Positions 9,617-19,631 of a DNA stretch of 64,000 nt are shown one piece after another. Both the position numbers and the translations under genes were made by a program. This stretch comes from an uncultured Clostridia bacterium. Its GTDB lineage: Bacteria; Bacillota; Clostridia; Christensenellales; UBA1242. Each line of letters opens with the position of its first letter. The stretch's first letter is position 1. The DNA is taken from assembly GCA_944377465.1 (NCBI GenBank), contig CALWFA010000001.1:3994-67993 (forward strand), written 5' to 3'. The notes beneath the pieces are model-generated. The model was given only the letters and a program-made list of their open reading frames with translations, had not been told where the DNA came from and made no database searches.

Positions 9617-10062
9617 TATACCTCCTCTACACTGCCACCTTGTGCTGTAATCTTCTCTTTTGCTTGTGCTGTGAACTTATTTGCCACAACCTTCAATGCT
9701 ACAGACAACTCACCGTTGCCTAGTATCTTCACGCCGTCTTTTTCTATCTTGGATACAACGCCATACTCGAGCAATTTAGCTGCATCTACAGTAGTATTTG
9801 GCTCGAAAATATTTAGACTAGCCACATTTACTGTAGAATAAACTTTCTTGAATTTAGCATTGCTGAATCCGCGTGCTGGCAGTCTTCTGTATAAAGGATT
9901 CTGTCCACCTTCGAAACCAGGACGAACACCGCCACCAGAACGCGCGTTTTGTCCCTTGTGTCCCTTACCCGAAGTCTTACCGATACCGCTACCAATACCA
10001 CGACCTAGCCTTTTCTTGCTAGTCCTAGCACCGTCTGCGTTCTTTAATTCGTGTATATACAT
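9616..10062 (-). CDS. rplO: 50S ribosomal protein uL15
   Basis: 148 aa. Gly-rich N-terminus [19 protein letters not shown]. Confidence 0.95.
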   Translation of the reverse strand: MYIHELKNADGARTSKKRLGRGIGSGIGKTSGKGHKGQNARSGGGVRPGFEGGQNPLYRRLPARGFSNAKFKKVYSTVNVASLNIFEPNTTVDAAKLLEYGVVSKIEKDGVKILGNGELSVALKVVANKFTAQAKEKITAQGGSVEEV

Positions 10063-10073
10063 AATTCTCTCCT

Positions 10074-10271
10074 TTATGCTTCTTCTTCCACTTTCAACAA
10101 GTGTTTTACTTTGAAGATACTGCCTCTAATGCAGTCATTGTCAGGAAGGATACGAGTCTGACCTAATTTCTTGAAGCCTAGAGCCTCTACTATCTTCGCC
10201 TGACGCTTGTCATAGCCGATAGCACTCTTGACATAAGTCACTTTGATAGTCTTTACTTGTTTCTTTGCCAT
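10074..10271 (-). CDS. rpmD: 50S ribosomal protein uL30
   Basis: 65 aa. [29 protein letters not shown] is typical. Confidence 0.92.
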   Translation of the reverse strand: MAKKQVKTIKVTYVKSAIGYDKRQAKIVEALGFKKLGQTRILPDNDCIRGSIFKVKHLLKVEEEA

Positions 10272-10281
10272 ACTTATCCTC

Positions 10282-10800
10282 CTAGATCTCTTCTACTGAC
10301 TTACCACGAAGCATAGCGATCTCTTCTTTCGTCCTCAACTGCTTGAGTCCGTTTAAAGTAGCGCGTACTACATTGATTTTATCAGTAGAACCGTAGATTT
10401 TTGCAGTAATATCAGTGTATCCAGCGAGTTCAAATACTGTACGAGCTGCACCACCTGCGATCAGACCGCTACCCTTCTTTGAAGGGAGCATCTTTACGCT
10501 AGTTTTTGCAAACTTGCCGATGATTTCGTGTGGAATGGTACCATTGACTACTGGTACAGTGATCAATGTCTTCTTTGCTGATTTACTTGCCTTTTCAATA
10601 GCGGTAGGCACTTCGGCAGCTTTCGCAATACCCATACCTACACGACCTTTCTTGTCTCCTACTACAACAAGAGCAGAGAAACGCATGGTACGACCGCCCT
10701 TGACTACTTTCGTAACCCTACGAACATTGAGCATCTTCTTGTCGAACTCGTCTTTTTCCTCAACTCTAGGTTTTCTGAATTCTCGTTTTTGTTGTGCCAT
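10282..10800 (-). CDS. rpsE: 30S ribosomal protein uS5
   Basis: 172 aa. Contains RVTKVVKGGRTMRFSALVVVGD. Confidence 0.95.
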   Translation of the reverse strand: MAQQKREFRKPRVEEKDEFDKKMLNVRRVTKVVKGGRTMRFSALVVVGDKKGRVGMGIAKAAEVPTAIEKASKSAKKTLITVPVVNGTIPHEIIGKFAKTSVKMLPSKKGSGLIAGGAARTVFELAGYTDITAKIYGSTDKINVVRATLNGLKQLRTKEEIAMLRGKSVEEI

Positions 10801-10809
10801 AATTTCTCC

Positions 10810-11178
10810 TTAAAACTCTAGTCCGCCAGCGCGTGCGCCGTCAGCTAATTCTTTCACTCTTCCTGTATATAGATATCCGCCACGATCGAATACGACTGTC
10901 TTGATCTTCTTCTTTTTAGCAAGCTTTGCGATCTCTTCACCGATGAATCTAGCCTGCTCTTTATTGGTCATATCTTTGATCTTTGCCTGAATATCTTTCT
11001 GAGTAGTGTTGCATGCCACTAGAGTCGCCTGCTTGCTATCATCGATGATCTGAGCATAGATATGCTTCAAAGTACGATATACGCACAGTCTAGGACGAGC
11101 GGTCGTGCCGACTAAGTCATGACGAATCTTGATATGACGCTTCACGCGAAGATTATTCTTATTCTCTTTCTTTATCAT
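10810..11178 (-). CDS. rplR: 50S ribosomal protein uL18
   Basis: 122 aa. C-terminus FDRGGYLYTGRVKELADGARAGGLEF. Confidence 0.95.
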   Translation of the reverse strand: MIKKENKNNLRVKRHIKIRHDLVGTTARPRLCVYRTLKHIYAQIIDDSKQATLVACNTTQKDIQAKIKDMTNKEQARFIGEEIAKLAKKKKIKTVVFDRGGYLYTGRVKELADGARAGGLEF

Positions 11179-11189
11179 AACTTAACCTC

Positions 11190-11735
11190 CTACTTCTTCT
11201 TACCTGCCGATTTGCCCGGCTTCAAGATTATCTTTTCATTAGTATAACGAATACCATAACCATGATAAGGCTCTACTCGGCGTAAATCTTTAATCTTTGC
11301 AGCCACTGCACCGACCTGCTCTTTATTTGCTCCCTTGACTAAAATAGTATTATTGTCTGGAGTCTCGATCGTGATGCCTGGCTCTTCTACGAATTCTACT
11401 GGGTGGCTGAGTCCTAGGTTCATCACAAGCTTGTTTCCTTGCTTTGCGATCTTGTAACCGACACCCTGCACTGTCAGTGACTTTGTGAATCCGTCTTTTA
11501 CTCCGACGATCATGTTATTGATGAGCTGACGATATAGACCTTGCTTTGCATTTGAATCTGTCGTGTCGTCATTTCTAGTCACATAGACATGATTGTCCTT
11601 TACTTCTACTGTCACATTCTTAGAGAAGTCTTGACTAAGAGTAGCCTTAGCTCCCTTTACGGTGATGACATTGTCCTTCACCTCTACAGTCACTCCGTCT
11701 GGAATCGCGATAGGTAATTTACCAATTCTTGACAT
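11190..11735 (-). CDS. rplF: 50S ribosomal protein uL6
   Basis: 181 aa. Starts MSRIGKLPIAIPDGV. Confidence 0.95.
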   Translation of the reverse strand: MSRIGKLPIAIPDGVTVEVKDNVITVKGAKATLSQDFSKNVTVEVKDNHVYVTRNDDTTDSNAKQGLYRQLINNMIVGVKDGFTKSLTVQGVGYKIAKQGNKLVMNLGLSHPVEFVEEPGITIETPDNNTILVKGANKEQVGAVAAKIKDLRRVEPYHGYGIRYTNEKIILKPGKSAGKKK

Positions 11736-11746
11736 AACTCACCTCT

Positions 11747-12145
11747 CTACCATACATAGGCGAGAATCTCTCCGCCTACATTCAACTTTCTAGCATTCTT
11801 GTCTGTGACGATACCCTTGCTAGTCGATACGATTGCAATACCTAAACCGTTCAATACCTGTGGTATCTCACTAGCATTTGCATATATTCTAAGACCTGGC
11901 TTGCTGATGCGCTTCAATCCTTGGATCACTTTCTCGCCATTAGGACCATATTTAAGTGTAATTTCTATCATCTTGATCCCATCTGCGACTGTCTCTTTAT
12001 AATCTACGATGTATCCCTCTGACTTTAGGATCTCAGCGATAGCGAGCTTAGTCTTAGATGCTGGAACAAGTACATTCTCATGCTTATTTGCATTTGCATT
12101 GCGAATGCGAGTAAGCATATCTGCTATAGGATCTATTATTAACAT
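11747..12145 (-). CDS. rpsH: 30S ribosomal protein uS8
   Basis: 132 aa. Contains [13 protein letters not shown]. Confidence 0.95.
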   Translation of the reverse strand: MLIIDPIADMLTRIRNANANKHENVLVPASKTKLAIAEILKSEGYIVDYKETVADGIKMIEITLKYGPNGEKVIQGLKRISKPGLRIYANASEIPQVLNGLGIAIVSTSKGIVTDKNARKLNVGGEILAYVW

Positions 12146-12157
12146 AGTCTACTCCTT

Positions 12158-12343
12158 TTACCAACTAGCCTTTTTAACGCCAGGAATCTCACCCTTGCTA
12201 GCCAAGTTTCTAAAACAAATTCTGCAAATTCCATACTTTTTGAGTACGGCATGTGGACGGCCACAGATAGAGCATCTCGTATATTCACGAGTGGTGAACT
12301 TTTGCTGTTTTTGTTGTTTATTAACCATTGCTTTTCTTGCCAT
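12158..12343 (-). CDS. rpsN: 30S ribosomal protein uS14, type Z (Zn form)
   Basis: 61 aa. Contains [20 protein letters not shown]. Confidence 0.94.
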   Translation of the reverse strand: MARKAMVNKQQKQQKFTTREYTRCSICGRPHAVLKKYGICRICFRNLASKGEIPGVKKASW

Positions 12344-12352
12344 AATTCACTC

Positions 12353-12907
12353 CTATACCTTTTTGAACGGTACGCCCATGAGCTTTAGTAGCTCATATGC
12401 CTCTTCGTTCGATTTTGCTGTGGTCACGAACATGATATCAAATCCGCGTACTGAGTCGATCTTGTCATACACGATCTCAGGGAAGATGATCTGCTCTTTC
12501 ACACCGAAACTATAGTTTCCGCGTCCGTCAAAAGACTTTGGATTGAGACCTTGGAAGTCTCTCACTCGTGGCAATGCCACTGATACAAGTCTATCGAAGA
12601 ATTCGTACATCTTTTCACCACGAAGAGTGACTTTTGCACCGATCTTCTGACCTTGACGAAGCTTGAAATTTGCTACAGACTTTTTAGCATGTGTCACTAC
12701 AGCATGCTGACCTGCGATCAGGCTCAACTCTTCTACTGCAGTATTAAAAGTCTTTGCATTATCTTTTTCTTTACCTAGACGAAGGCTAAGCACTATCTTC
12801 TCTAACTTTGGAATTTCCATTACATTCTTGTAACCGAACTTTTCCTTTAGAGCCTGCTTCACCACATCGTTATAGTATGCATGACGCCTATTTAATTCTT
12901 TTTCCAT
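12353..12907 (-). CDS. rplE: 50S ribosomal protein uL5
   Basis: 184 aa with typical uL5 sequence, in the spc-operon position. Confidence 0.95.
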   Translation of the reverse strand: MEKELNRRHAYYNDVVKQALKEKFGYKNVMEIPKLEKIVLSLRLGKEKDNAKTFNTAVEELSLIAGQHAVVTHAKKSVANFKLRQGQKIGAKVTLRGEKMYEFFDRLVSVALPRVRDFQGLNPKSFDGRGNYSFGVKEQIIFPEIVYDKIDSVRGFDIMFVTTAKSNEEAYELLKLMGVPFKKV

Positions 12908-12920
12908 ATGTCATACTCCT

Positions 12921-13277
12921 TTATGCCTTTTTACTGCTCTTTGCAGTCTTCTTTGCTTTTGCTACATCTAGAGAAGCACCGCACTTTTTGCAGATACGAG
13001 TCTTCGTATCTCCCTCGACCTTGTGAGCGACACGCGTAGCCTGCTTGCACACTGGGCAAACTACTTGAACATTGCTGATATCGATAGCGCCTTCGCTCTT
13101 GATGATGCCACCCTTGTCGTCTTTGCTTCTAGGCTTCTTGTGATGAGCCTGAATGTTTACATTAGCGACCAGCACTCTGCCATCTTCACGGTTTACTTCG
13201 AGTACTTCACCAGTCTTGCCAGCATCTTTACCAGCGATGACTAGTACATTGTCACCTTTTTTCACACTATATTTCAT
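12921..13277 (-). CDS. rplX: 50S ribosomal protein uL24 (with CxxC...CxxC insertion)
   Basis: 118 aa. KOW motif KKGDNVLVIAGKDAGKTGEV is present. The C-terminal half carries CPVC...CKKC. Confidence 0.93.
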   Translation of the reverse strand: MKYSVKKGDNVLVIAGKDAGKTGEVLEVNREDGRVLVANVNIQAHHKKPRSKDDKGGIIKSEGAIDISNVQVVCPVCKQATRVAHKVEGDTKTRICKKCGASLDVAKAKKTAKSSKKA

Positions 13278-13287
13278 AGTCTGCCTC

Positions 13288-13656
13288 CTATAATACTTCT
13301 GGTGCTAGCGAGATGATTTGATTGAATCCCTTAGCACGAAGCTCTCTTGCGATCGGCCCAAACACACGAGTACCACGCGGTACATTGTTCTTGTCAATGA
13401 TCACTGCCGCGTTCTCATCAAACTTGATCGAACTACCGTCTGGACGCTGTACGCCTTTCTTAGTACGCACGATTACAGCACGCACGACATCTCCCTTCTT
13501 CACCTTGCCATCTGGATCAGCACGCTTTACAGACGCGACTATGATATCGCCCACATTTGCAAACTTTCTCACAGATCCACCTAAGCAACGGATACACATG
13601 ATCTTCTTTGCTCCAGTATTGTCGGCTACATTTAATGTAGATAATGGTTGTATCAT
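13288..13656 (-). CDS. rplN: 50S ribosomal protein uL14
   Basis: 122 aa. Starts [17 protein letters not shown]. Confidence 0.96.
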   Translation of the reverse strand: MIQPLSTLNVADNTGAKKIMCIRCLGGSVRKFANVGDIIVASVKRADPDGKVKKGDVVRAVIVRTKKGVQRPDGSSIKFDENAAVIIDKNNVPRGTRVFGPIARELRAKGFNQIISLAPEVL

Positions 13657-13666
13657 ATTTCGCCTC

Positions 13667-13927
13667 CTACTTCGCGCGCTCTACGATGGTCAAGAGACGG
13701 AAGTACTTGTCTTTGCTGAGCGGGCGAGTCTCAATGATGGTCACTGTATCGCCTACATGTGCTTCATTCTTCTCATCGTGAGCCTTATATTTCTTTGTAA
13801 AAGTCATATACTTTTTGTATATTGGGTGTTTTTTCTTGCTGGTGACTAAAACAGTAATAGTCTTGTCCATCTTGTCAGATACGACAACACCTTGTATAGT
13901 CCTGTGATTAACTTTCTCTTTTTCCAT
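13667..13927 (-). CDS. rpsQ: 30S ribosomal protein uS17
   Basis: 86 aa. Contains [16 protein letters not shown]. Confidence 0.94.
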   Translation of the reverse strand: MEKEKVNHRTIQGVVVSDKMDKTITVLVTSKKKHPIYKKYMTFTKKYKAHDEKNEAHVGDTVTIIETRPLSKDKYFRLLTIVERAK

Positions 13928-13930
13928 ACA

Positions 13931-14128
13931 TTACTCCTTTGCCTCAGCAGATTTGTTCTTTAGGGCAGTCTTTACCCTAGCGATATTTCTTCTAACGATT
14001 CTAATTCTCGAAGTATCAGTCAGTTGACCTACTTTGTGCTGGAAAGTAAGGTTGAATAGTTCACTTCTCAGCTTGCTCTCCTCTGCGGTCAATTCCTTTA
14101 TTGACAAATCTTTGTAATTATTCTTCAT
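13931..14128 (-). CDS. rpmC: 50S ribosomal protein uL29
   Basis: I prefer the ATG at 14128 ([17 protein letters not shown]..., 65 aa, normal length) over the GTG at 14137 used by the ORF track. Either start overlaps the rplP stop. Confidence 0.9.
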   Translation of the reverse strand: MKNNYKDLSIKELTAEESKLRSELFNLTFQHKVGQLTDTSRIRIVRRNIARVKTALKNKSAEAKE

Positions 14129-14549
14129 TGTTTTCACCGCCTTTTTCCTTATAGACTATTCTAGTCTTGCAAGGAAGTTTATGTGAAGCGAGACGAAGTG
14201 CCTCTAGGCAAATCTCTTCGCTAGGACCGCTCACTTCGATGATCACGCGGTCGCGCTTTACGACTGCTACATGACCTGATTGTGCACCCTTACCGCTACC
14301 CATACGAGTGTCAGCAGGCTTCTTCGTGATAGGCTTGTGTGGGAAGACCTTGATCCACAGTTTACCACCACGCTTCATATATCTATTGATCGCAACACGC
14401 GCTGCTTCAAGCTGATTTGGAGTGATCCAGCATGGCTCAGTAGCCTGCAGACCATAATCACCATATGTCACCTTGCTACCACGAATAGCACGACCGGTCA
14501 TACGACCGCGGTGTTGCTTTCTTCTCTTTTCTCTCTTAGGTAATAACAT
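14118..14549 (-). CDS. rplP: 50S ribosomal protein uL16
   Basis: 143 aa. Starts [17 protein letters not shown]. Confidence 0.95.
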   Translation of the reverse strand: MLLPKREKRRKQHRGRMTGRAIRGSKVTYGDYGLQATEPCWITPNQLEAARVAINRYMKRGGKLWIKVFPHKPITKKPADTRMGSGKGAQSGHVAVVKRDRVIIEVSGPSEEICLEALRLASHKLPCKTRIVYKEKGGENNEE

Positions 14550-14550
14550 A

Positions 14551-15225
14551 TTAGTTCTCTCCTTTCTTGTGATTTACTGAACTTTGAGAAACTTTACCCA
14601 AAATCTCACCCTTATAGATCCACACTTTCACACCGATCACACCGAATGTAGTGTGAGCTTCTGTGATAGCATAGTCAATATTTGCTCTAAGAGTGTGTAA
14701 TGGAAGTGAACCCTCGTGGTAGTGCTCACTACGCGCAATTTCTGCTCCGTCTAGTCTGCCAGACACCATGATCTTGACACCCTGTGCACCTGCGCGCATC
14801 ACTCTCTGCATAGCAGATTTCATCACTCTTCTGAACTGAGCACGCTTCTCTATCTGAGCTGCGACAGATTCTGCTACTAGCTTTGCATCAAGGTCTGGGT
14901 TCTTCTGCTCTACGACATTGACATTCACACGCTTTGCGTCTGACATTTTCTCAACATTCTTTTTCAAAGTCTCGACTCCAGCGCCTTTCTGACCGATCAA
15001 AACGCCTGGCTTAGCAGTGGTGACAGTCACGGTCACTGTGTCGTTTGTCCTCTCAATCATTACATTTGAGATGGCACAATTCTTATATTCTTTAAGGATA
15101 TAGTTACGGATAACATTGTCTTCCTTAATGTTCTTTGCAATATTTTTCTTGTCTGTGTACCAAAAAGAATTCCATGTCTTATTGATACCGATCCTCATTC
15201 CATTTGGATTTACTTTCTGTCCCAT
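14551..15225 (-). CDS. rpsC: 30S ribosomal protein uS3
   Basis: 224 aa. Starts [13 protein letters not shown]. Confidence 0.96.
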   Translation of the reverse strand: MGQKVNPNGMRIGINKTWNSFWYTDKKNIAKNIKEDNVIRNYILKEYKNCAISNVMIERTNDTVTVTVTTAKPGVLIGQKGAGVETLKKNVEKMSDAKRVNVNVVEQKNPDLDAKLVAESVAAQIEKRAQFRRVMKSAMQRVMRAGAQGVKIMVSGRLDGAEIARSEHYHEGSLPLHTLRANIDYAITEAHTTFGVIGVKVWIYKGEILGKVSQSSVNHKKGEN

Positions 15226-15229
15226 ATCT

Positions 15230-15619
15230 CTACTCCTTTACATCTAGCACAACTTTGATGTGGCTAGTCTTAGTCACTGGGATGCTTACTCTGCCACGAC
15301 CGTGATAATTGTACCCTTTACTTCTAATAGGGCCATTGCCAAGTACGATCTCAGCAAGGTATAGGTCGTGCACATTCAGTCCCTTATTATGCTCTGCATT
15401 CGCACCAGCAGATTTCACTACTTTCAGTAAAATTGCGGCTGCATCTTGTGGCATATTCGAAAGTATAGCCACAGCATCATCATAGCTCTTGCCACGCACT
15501 GTGTCGATCACTATCTTCGCCTTTGTAGGAGAAAGACGCACATAGCGAACACTAGCATATGGACGAGTATCTTTAATAGCTTTTATCTTTTCTGTTTTTT
15601 CTTTCATTCTCTTTGCCAT
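15230..15619 (-). CDS. rplV: 50S ribosomal protein uL22
   Basis: 129 aa with typical uL22 sequence, in the S10-operon position. Confidence 0.94.
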   Translation of the reverse strand: MAKRMKEKTEKIKAIKDTRPYASVRYVRLSPTKAKIVIDTVRGKSYDDAVAILSNMPQDAAAILLKVVKSAGANAEHNKGLNVHDLYLAEIVLGNGPIRSKGYNYHGRGRVSIPVTKTSHIKVVLDVKE

Positions 15620-15628
15620 AATTCACTC

Positions 15629-15901
15629 CTACTTCTTTGCTTCTTTTTGCTTGTGACCTTTGAAGGTACGAGTAGGCGCGAATTCGCCTAACTTGTGTCC
15701 TACCATGTCTACAGTGCAATATACAGGTATATGTTTCTTACCATTGTGGACAGCGATCGTATGACCTACAAATTCTGGATAAATAGTGCTAGAACGAGAC
15801 CAAGTCTTGATAGCCTTCTTCTCATTTTTAGCATTCATCTCATTGATGCGAGCCATGAGTTTTTCTTCCACATATGGTTTCTTTTTCAAACTTCTACTCA
15901 T
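15629..15901 (-). CDS. rpsS: 30S ribosomal protein uS19
   Basis: 90 aa. [11 protein letters not shown]... and [16 protein letters not shown] are present. Confidence 0.96.
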   Translation of the reverse strand: MSRSLKKKPYVEEKLMARINEMNAKNEKKAIKTWSRSSTIYPEFVGHTIAVHNGKKHIPVYCTVDMVGHKLGEFAPTRTFKGHKQKEAKK

Positions 15902-15910
15902 ATTTTACTC

Positions 15911-16744
15911 CTACTTCTTAGCTCTCTTGACAATCAACTTGTCGCTAGCTTTTTTATGTTTTCTAGTCTTGTATCCAAGAGCTGGCTTACCCCATGGGGT
16001 GACAGGACCAGCATGACCTACTGGAGACTTACCTTCACCACCACCGTGTGGGTGATCTACTGGGTTCATCGCAGAACCACGCACTGATGGACGAATACCC
16101 ATGTGACGCTTGCGTCCAGCCTTGCCTAGAGATACGATCTCATTTTCTTCATTGCCTAACACGCCAATAGTAGCACGGCACTCTGCCAATACTTTTCTCA
16201 TCTCGCCAGAAGGAAGACGAAGAGTGACATATGCGCCGTCCTTTGCCATCAGCTGAGCTGACATACCAGCACTACGCGCCATCTGTCCGCCTCTACCTGG
16301 CTGTAATTCGATATTGTGAATGATCGCACCCAGAGGGATATCCTTTAGCTTGAGTGCATTACCTGGCTTGATCTCAGCGCCAGCACCGCTCATCACTTTA
16401 TCTCCGACATTCAAGCCCTTTGGAGCTAGGATAAATCTCTTCTCTCCGTCAGCATAGCTGATCAGTGCTATATATGCCGTTCTATTAGGATCGTACTGAA
16501 TGCTCTCGACCTTTGCCACGATGCCGTCTTTATTGCGTTTAAAGTCGATGATTCTATATTTTCTTCTATTCTCACCACCAATATTGCGAACGGTGATCTT
16601 GCCCTGTGCATTTCTTCCGCCCGTCTTCTTCACCGTGGTGAGCAACTGCTTTGGAACAACAGCGTCTTTCGTCAATTCTTCGTAAGTCTTATATGTCACG
16701 AAACGACTGCCCGCAGATGTAGGTTTTTTAGTTCTAATAGCCAT
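15911..16744 (-). CDS. rplB: 50S ribosomal protein uL2
   Basis: 277 aa. Contains [16 protein letters not shown]. Confidence 0.97.
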   Translation of the reverse strand: MAIRTKKPTSAGSRFVTYKTYEELTKDAVVPKQLLTTVKKTGGRNAQGKITVRNIGGENRRKYRIIDFKRNKDGIVAKVESIQYDPNRTAYIALISYADGEKRFILAPKGLNVGDKVMSGAGAEIKPGNALKLKDIPLGAIIHNIELQPGRGGQMARSAGMSAQLMAKDGAYVTLRLPSGEMRKVLAECRATIGVLGNEENEIVSLGKAGRKRHMGIRPSVRGSAMNPVDHPHGGGEGKSPVGHAGPVTPWGKPALGYKTRKHKKASDKLIVKRAKK

Positions 16745-16756
16745 ATTCTACTCCTT

Positions 16757-17059
16757 TTAGTTCAAACTCTCGAAGAATGCGATACCTTTTGACTCAGGCT
16801 TCAAGAAAACTACAGCCTTCTTGTAATCGCTAGTTCTACCAGTTACACGACCTTGTTTGGTAATTCTTGATTTTGTTTTACCTTTGCAGTTTACAGTATT
16901 CACTTTTGCTACCTGCACTTCAAATAGCTCTTCTACCGCCTTTTTGATCTCTACTTTATTTGCAGTAGGTGCTACCTTGAAAGTATACACTTTATTTGGG
17001 AAGCCTGCGTACGACTTTTCTGTCATAATAGGCTCCAAGATGATTTCTTGCGCTTTCAT
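16757..17059 (-). CDS. rplW: 50S ribosomal protein uL23
   Basis: 100 aa with typical uL23 sequence and position. Confidence 0.93.
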   Translation of the reverse strand: MKAQEIILEPIMTEKSYAGFPNKVYTFKVAPTANKVEIKKAVEELFEVQVAKVNTVNCKGKTKSRITKQGRVTGRTSDYKKAVVFLKPESKGIAFFESLN

Positions 17060-17682
17060 TATACGTATGCCTCCTCTAATTTCTTAATAGCGTCCTTTGT
17101 GAAGACGAGATAGGTATTCTCTACGATTTGTGCTACATTAAGAAGCATCACATCTTCGCAACTAACCTTTTGGATATTGCCAGTCGCTCTCATCACGCTC
17201 TCATTCTTGCCATCTGTCAAGATGATAGTGCGTTTATTAAGACCAAAAGTCTTTAAGAATTCACTAGCAGACTTAGTCTTATTGTCAGCGAAATTCACTT
17301 CGTCTAAGATGACTACTTCATTCTGTCTGATCTTCTGAGAAAGTGCAGACGAGAATGCGACATCTCTCATCTTCTTATTGATCTTCTGACTAAAGTCGCG
17401 TGGCTTTGGAGCGAATACTACGCCACCACCGTCGAACTGAGGCGCACTCTTTTCATCATGACGCGCACCGCCAGTGCCCTTTTGTCTATAGATCTTTCTC
17501 TTGCTAGCATTTACTTCGCTACGAGTAAGGGTAGACTTTGTACCCTGGCGAGCGTTGTTATGCATTGCTACCACTACTTGATGAATGAGTGGCTCATTGT
17601 AGTCAGCATCAAACACCATATCGTTAAGGCTAATATTGCCGACTTCTTCTTTCTTCATATTATAAACTTTTAGTTTCGCCAT
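17059..17682 (-). CDS. rplD: 50S ribosomal protein uL4
   Basis: 207 aa. Contains KRKIYRQKGTGGARH. Confidence 0.95.
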   Translation of the reverse strand: MAKLKVYNMKKEEVGNISLNDMVFDADYNEPLIHQVVVAMHNNARQGTKSTLTRSEVNASKRKIYRQKGTGGARHDEKSAPQFDGGGVVFAPKPRDFSQKINKKMRDVAFSSALSQKIRQNEVVILDEVNFADNKTKSASEFLKTFGLNKRTIILTDGKNESVMRATGNIQKVSCEDVMLLNVAQIVENTYLVFTKDAIKKLEEAYV

Positions 17683-17693
17683 AGTTTACTCCT

Positions 17694-18326
17694 TTAAGCC
17701 TTAACCGCAGACTTGATAGTAACTATTGACTTCTTAGGACCAGGGATAGCACCCTTTACTAAGATCAAATTTCTATCCGCGTCTACGCGTACGACTTTCA
17801 GATTCTGGACAGTGACAGCTTCGTTACCGTACTGACCAGGCATCTTCTTGCCTTTGAATACACGACTAGGTGTAGAGTTCGCTCCCATAGAACCTACTTC
17901 TCTGTGCACAGGTCCTACACCGTGAGTCATCTTTAGTCTCTGTTGATTCCAACGCTTGATGACGCCAGTGAATCCGTGTCCCTTAGTGATACCAGACACA
18001 TCTACTAGATCACCCTCGCTGAACATATCCGCCTTGATCTCCTGACCAAGAGAGAATTTTGATATATCGTCGTATTTGAATTCTTTTAATACACGCTTTG
18101 GCTCTACACCAGCCTTTTTGAATGTGCCAGCTACTGGCTTATTTACATTCTTTGCCTTGATGTCGCCGAAAGCCACTTGGACTGAATTGTATCCATCTTT
18201 GTCCTGAGTCTTGATCTGAGTCACATAGCAAGGACCTGCCTCAATGACTGTCACAGGCTCTACTCTTCCGTCATCGGCGAATACTTGAGTCATGCCGATC
18301 TTTCTACCGATAATTGCTTTTTCCAC
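17694..18326 (-). CDS. rplC: 50S ribosomal protein uL3 (GTG start)
   Basis: Start trimmed to the GTG at 18326 ([16 protein letters not shown], canonical uL3 N-terminus), preceded by SD aaggaggg. The ORF-track ATG at 18374 would overlap rpsJ. Confidence 0.93.
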   Translation of the reverse strand: MEKAIIGRKIGMTQVFADDGRVEPVTVIEAGPCYVTQIKTQDKDGYNSVQVAFGDIKAKNVNKPVAGTFKKAGVEPKRVLKEFKYDDISKFSLGQEIKADMFSEGDLVDVSGITKGHGFTGVIKRWNQQRLKMTHGVGPVHREVGSMGANSTPSRVFKGKKMPGQYGNEAVTVQNLKVVRVDADRNLILVKGAIPGPKKSIVTIKSAVKA

Positions 18327-18336
18327 AGTTCCCTCC

Positions 18337-18645
18337 TTATAACTCAACCTTGATATCCACACCTGAAGGAACATTCATCTTGAGTAAGGCATCTCTAGCC
18401 TTGTCATTTGGTGCGAAGACATCGATGAGTCTAAAATGTGTACGAGATTCGAATTGCTCACGCGAATCTTTGTACATGTGCGTAGCACGAATGATTGTCA
18501 CCACTTCTTTCTTAGTAGGAAGCGGGATCGGTCCAGACACTTTACATCCAGACTTAGTGGCAGTGTCAAGAATCCTTGATACTACATTTTCGAGCAAACC
18601 TGTATCGTAAGATGCAAGTTTGATTCTGAGTTTTGTTGTTGCCAT
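18337..18645 (-). CDS. rpsJ: 30S ribosomal protein uS10
   Basis: 102 aa. Starts [10 protein letters not shown]. It is the first gene of the S10 operon. Confidence 0.96.
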   Translation of the reverse strand: MATTKLRIKLASYDTGLLENVVSRILDTATKSGCKVSGPIPLPTKKEVVTIIRATHMYKDSREQFESRTHFRLIDVFAPNDKARDALLKMNVPSGVDIKVEL

Positions 18646-18897
18646 TTTCTTCTCCTTTTAATTTTGTCAACACTAAATCGGCTCTACCTTACAATGAGCT
18701 TGTGTCGTGTAGTATGAGATCAATAAGTCTCACTTGCACGCGCATTACACCGCCCCGTGTGTAAAGTGCTGATCTCCAAAAATAATCGGGCTCTGACACC
18801 CTCATTTCGCCGACATCCATACGGACTAGGTCAGCACGAATTCCCATCTGTCGCTTGCTAACAAGATGCAACCTCGTGCGTCAATCCATTAATCAGC
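18646..18897 (-). promoter_or_regulatory. Long structured 5' leader of the S10 operon (candidate r-protein autoregulatory RNA)
   Basis: About 250 nt lie between a consensus promoter and the rpsJ ATG. The region is markedly more GC-rich than surrounding spacers. Nested helices are visible (see findings). Confidence 0.45.
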
Positions 18898-18903
18898 AAT
18901 GTA

Positions 18904-18932
18904 ATTGTAGCAAAGAAAGAATAGATTGTCAA
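18904..18932 (-). promoter_or_regulatory. S10-operon promoter (TTGACA-17-TACAAT)
   Basis: Minus strand reads ttgaca atctattctttctttgc tacaat. Confidence 0.65.
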
Positions 18933-19254
18933 CCCTTTTTCAAAACTTTTTCGATAATTTTTACCACAAAAAATAGCCTTTTATATCTCTAATAAATGAC
19001 TCTTTTCCTCTGTCTAATATACAATTTTAATTTTTATATTTATATAAGGATATTAATATACTGACATTTTCAAGATTTAATAAAATAGGAAATACTGCAA
19101 AAATTTAATGCTGAACTTCATATATATTCAATTTAAAATTAGAAAGACACATATTTGTTTATAGATATAGACAATGGCCAAGTTTAGTCGAATATGAATT
19201 GGTCTGACATTTATAATGGCAAAATGCTATATTATAAAGAAAATATAATTCTAG

Positions 19255-19283
19255 TTTACATTCAGTTTGATTTATGATAACAT
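19255..19283 (+). promoter_or_regulatory. Promoter of the RNHCP gene (TTTACA-17-TAACAT with TG extension); -10 is 6 nt from the ATG
   Basis: tttaca ttcagtttgatttatga taacat atcagt ATG. No SD is present. Confidence 0.5.
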
Positions 19284-19289
19284 ATCAGT

Positions 19290-19631
19290 ATGAAGCAATT
19301 TGAGAAGAATGATAATAGTTTTACCTGTGCGTGGTGCGGTCATGCCGTACCCATTCTAAAATATAGCTCGCGCGATCATTGCACGCATTGCTTAGCGTCT
19401 CTACATGTAGATATCAATCCAGGCGACAGGGCGAACATTTGTCACGGTGTAATGTTACCTATAGATATCTCTACGGACTCAAAGAAGGGATACATTATCC
19501 ACTATCGCTGTCAGAAATGCGGTGCACTACATAATAATAAGTCCGCCGAAGATGATAAATTCGCCACCATCCTGAAAGTGATGAACAAGACCTATACCCC
19601 GCTCGACTACAAGGATAAATATCGCAAATAA
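19290..19631 (+). CDS. RNHCP domain-containing protein
   Basis: 113 aa. FTCAWCGHAV...SRDHCTHCLASLHVDINPGDRANICHGVM...YRCQKCG matches the RNHCP-family pattern (RNHCPxCLxSxHvD..PGDR). Confidence 0.75.
   Translation: MKQFEKNDNSFTCAWCGHAVPILKYSSRDHCTHCLASLHVDINPGDRANICHGVMLPIDISTDSKKGYIIHYRCQKCGALHNNKSAEDDKFATILKVMNKTYTPLDYKDKYRK

Noticed and set aside
10415-10813. 132-aa plus-strand ORF
   Set aside because: It is antisense to rpsE. Same reasoning as the other shadow ORFs.
12009-12515. 168-aa plus-strand ORF
   Set aside because: It is entirely antisense to rpsH, rpsN and rplE, which have unmistakable ribosomal-protein sequences. It has no SD and a low-complexity hydrophobic translation. It is a typical shadow ORF.
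13322-13849. 175-aa plus-strand ORF (and the overlapping 88-aa ORF at 13318..13584)
   Set aside because: Both are antisense to rplN and rpsQ. They are shadow ORFs of highly expressed genes and have no start signals.
18327-18374. N-terminal extension of rplC (ORF-track ATG at 18374)
   Set aside because: It would overlap the rpsJ 3' end by 38 nt and add a non-conserved 16 aa. The GTG at 18326 has a perfect SD and gives the canonical uL3 N-terminus.
18689-18871. 60-aa minus-strand ORF upstream of rpsJ
   Set aside because: It has no SD and lies inside the helices of the S10 leader. Its composition looks like translated structured RNA. I treated it as non-coding leader.
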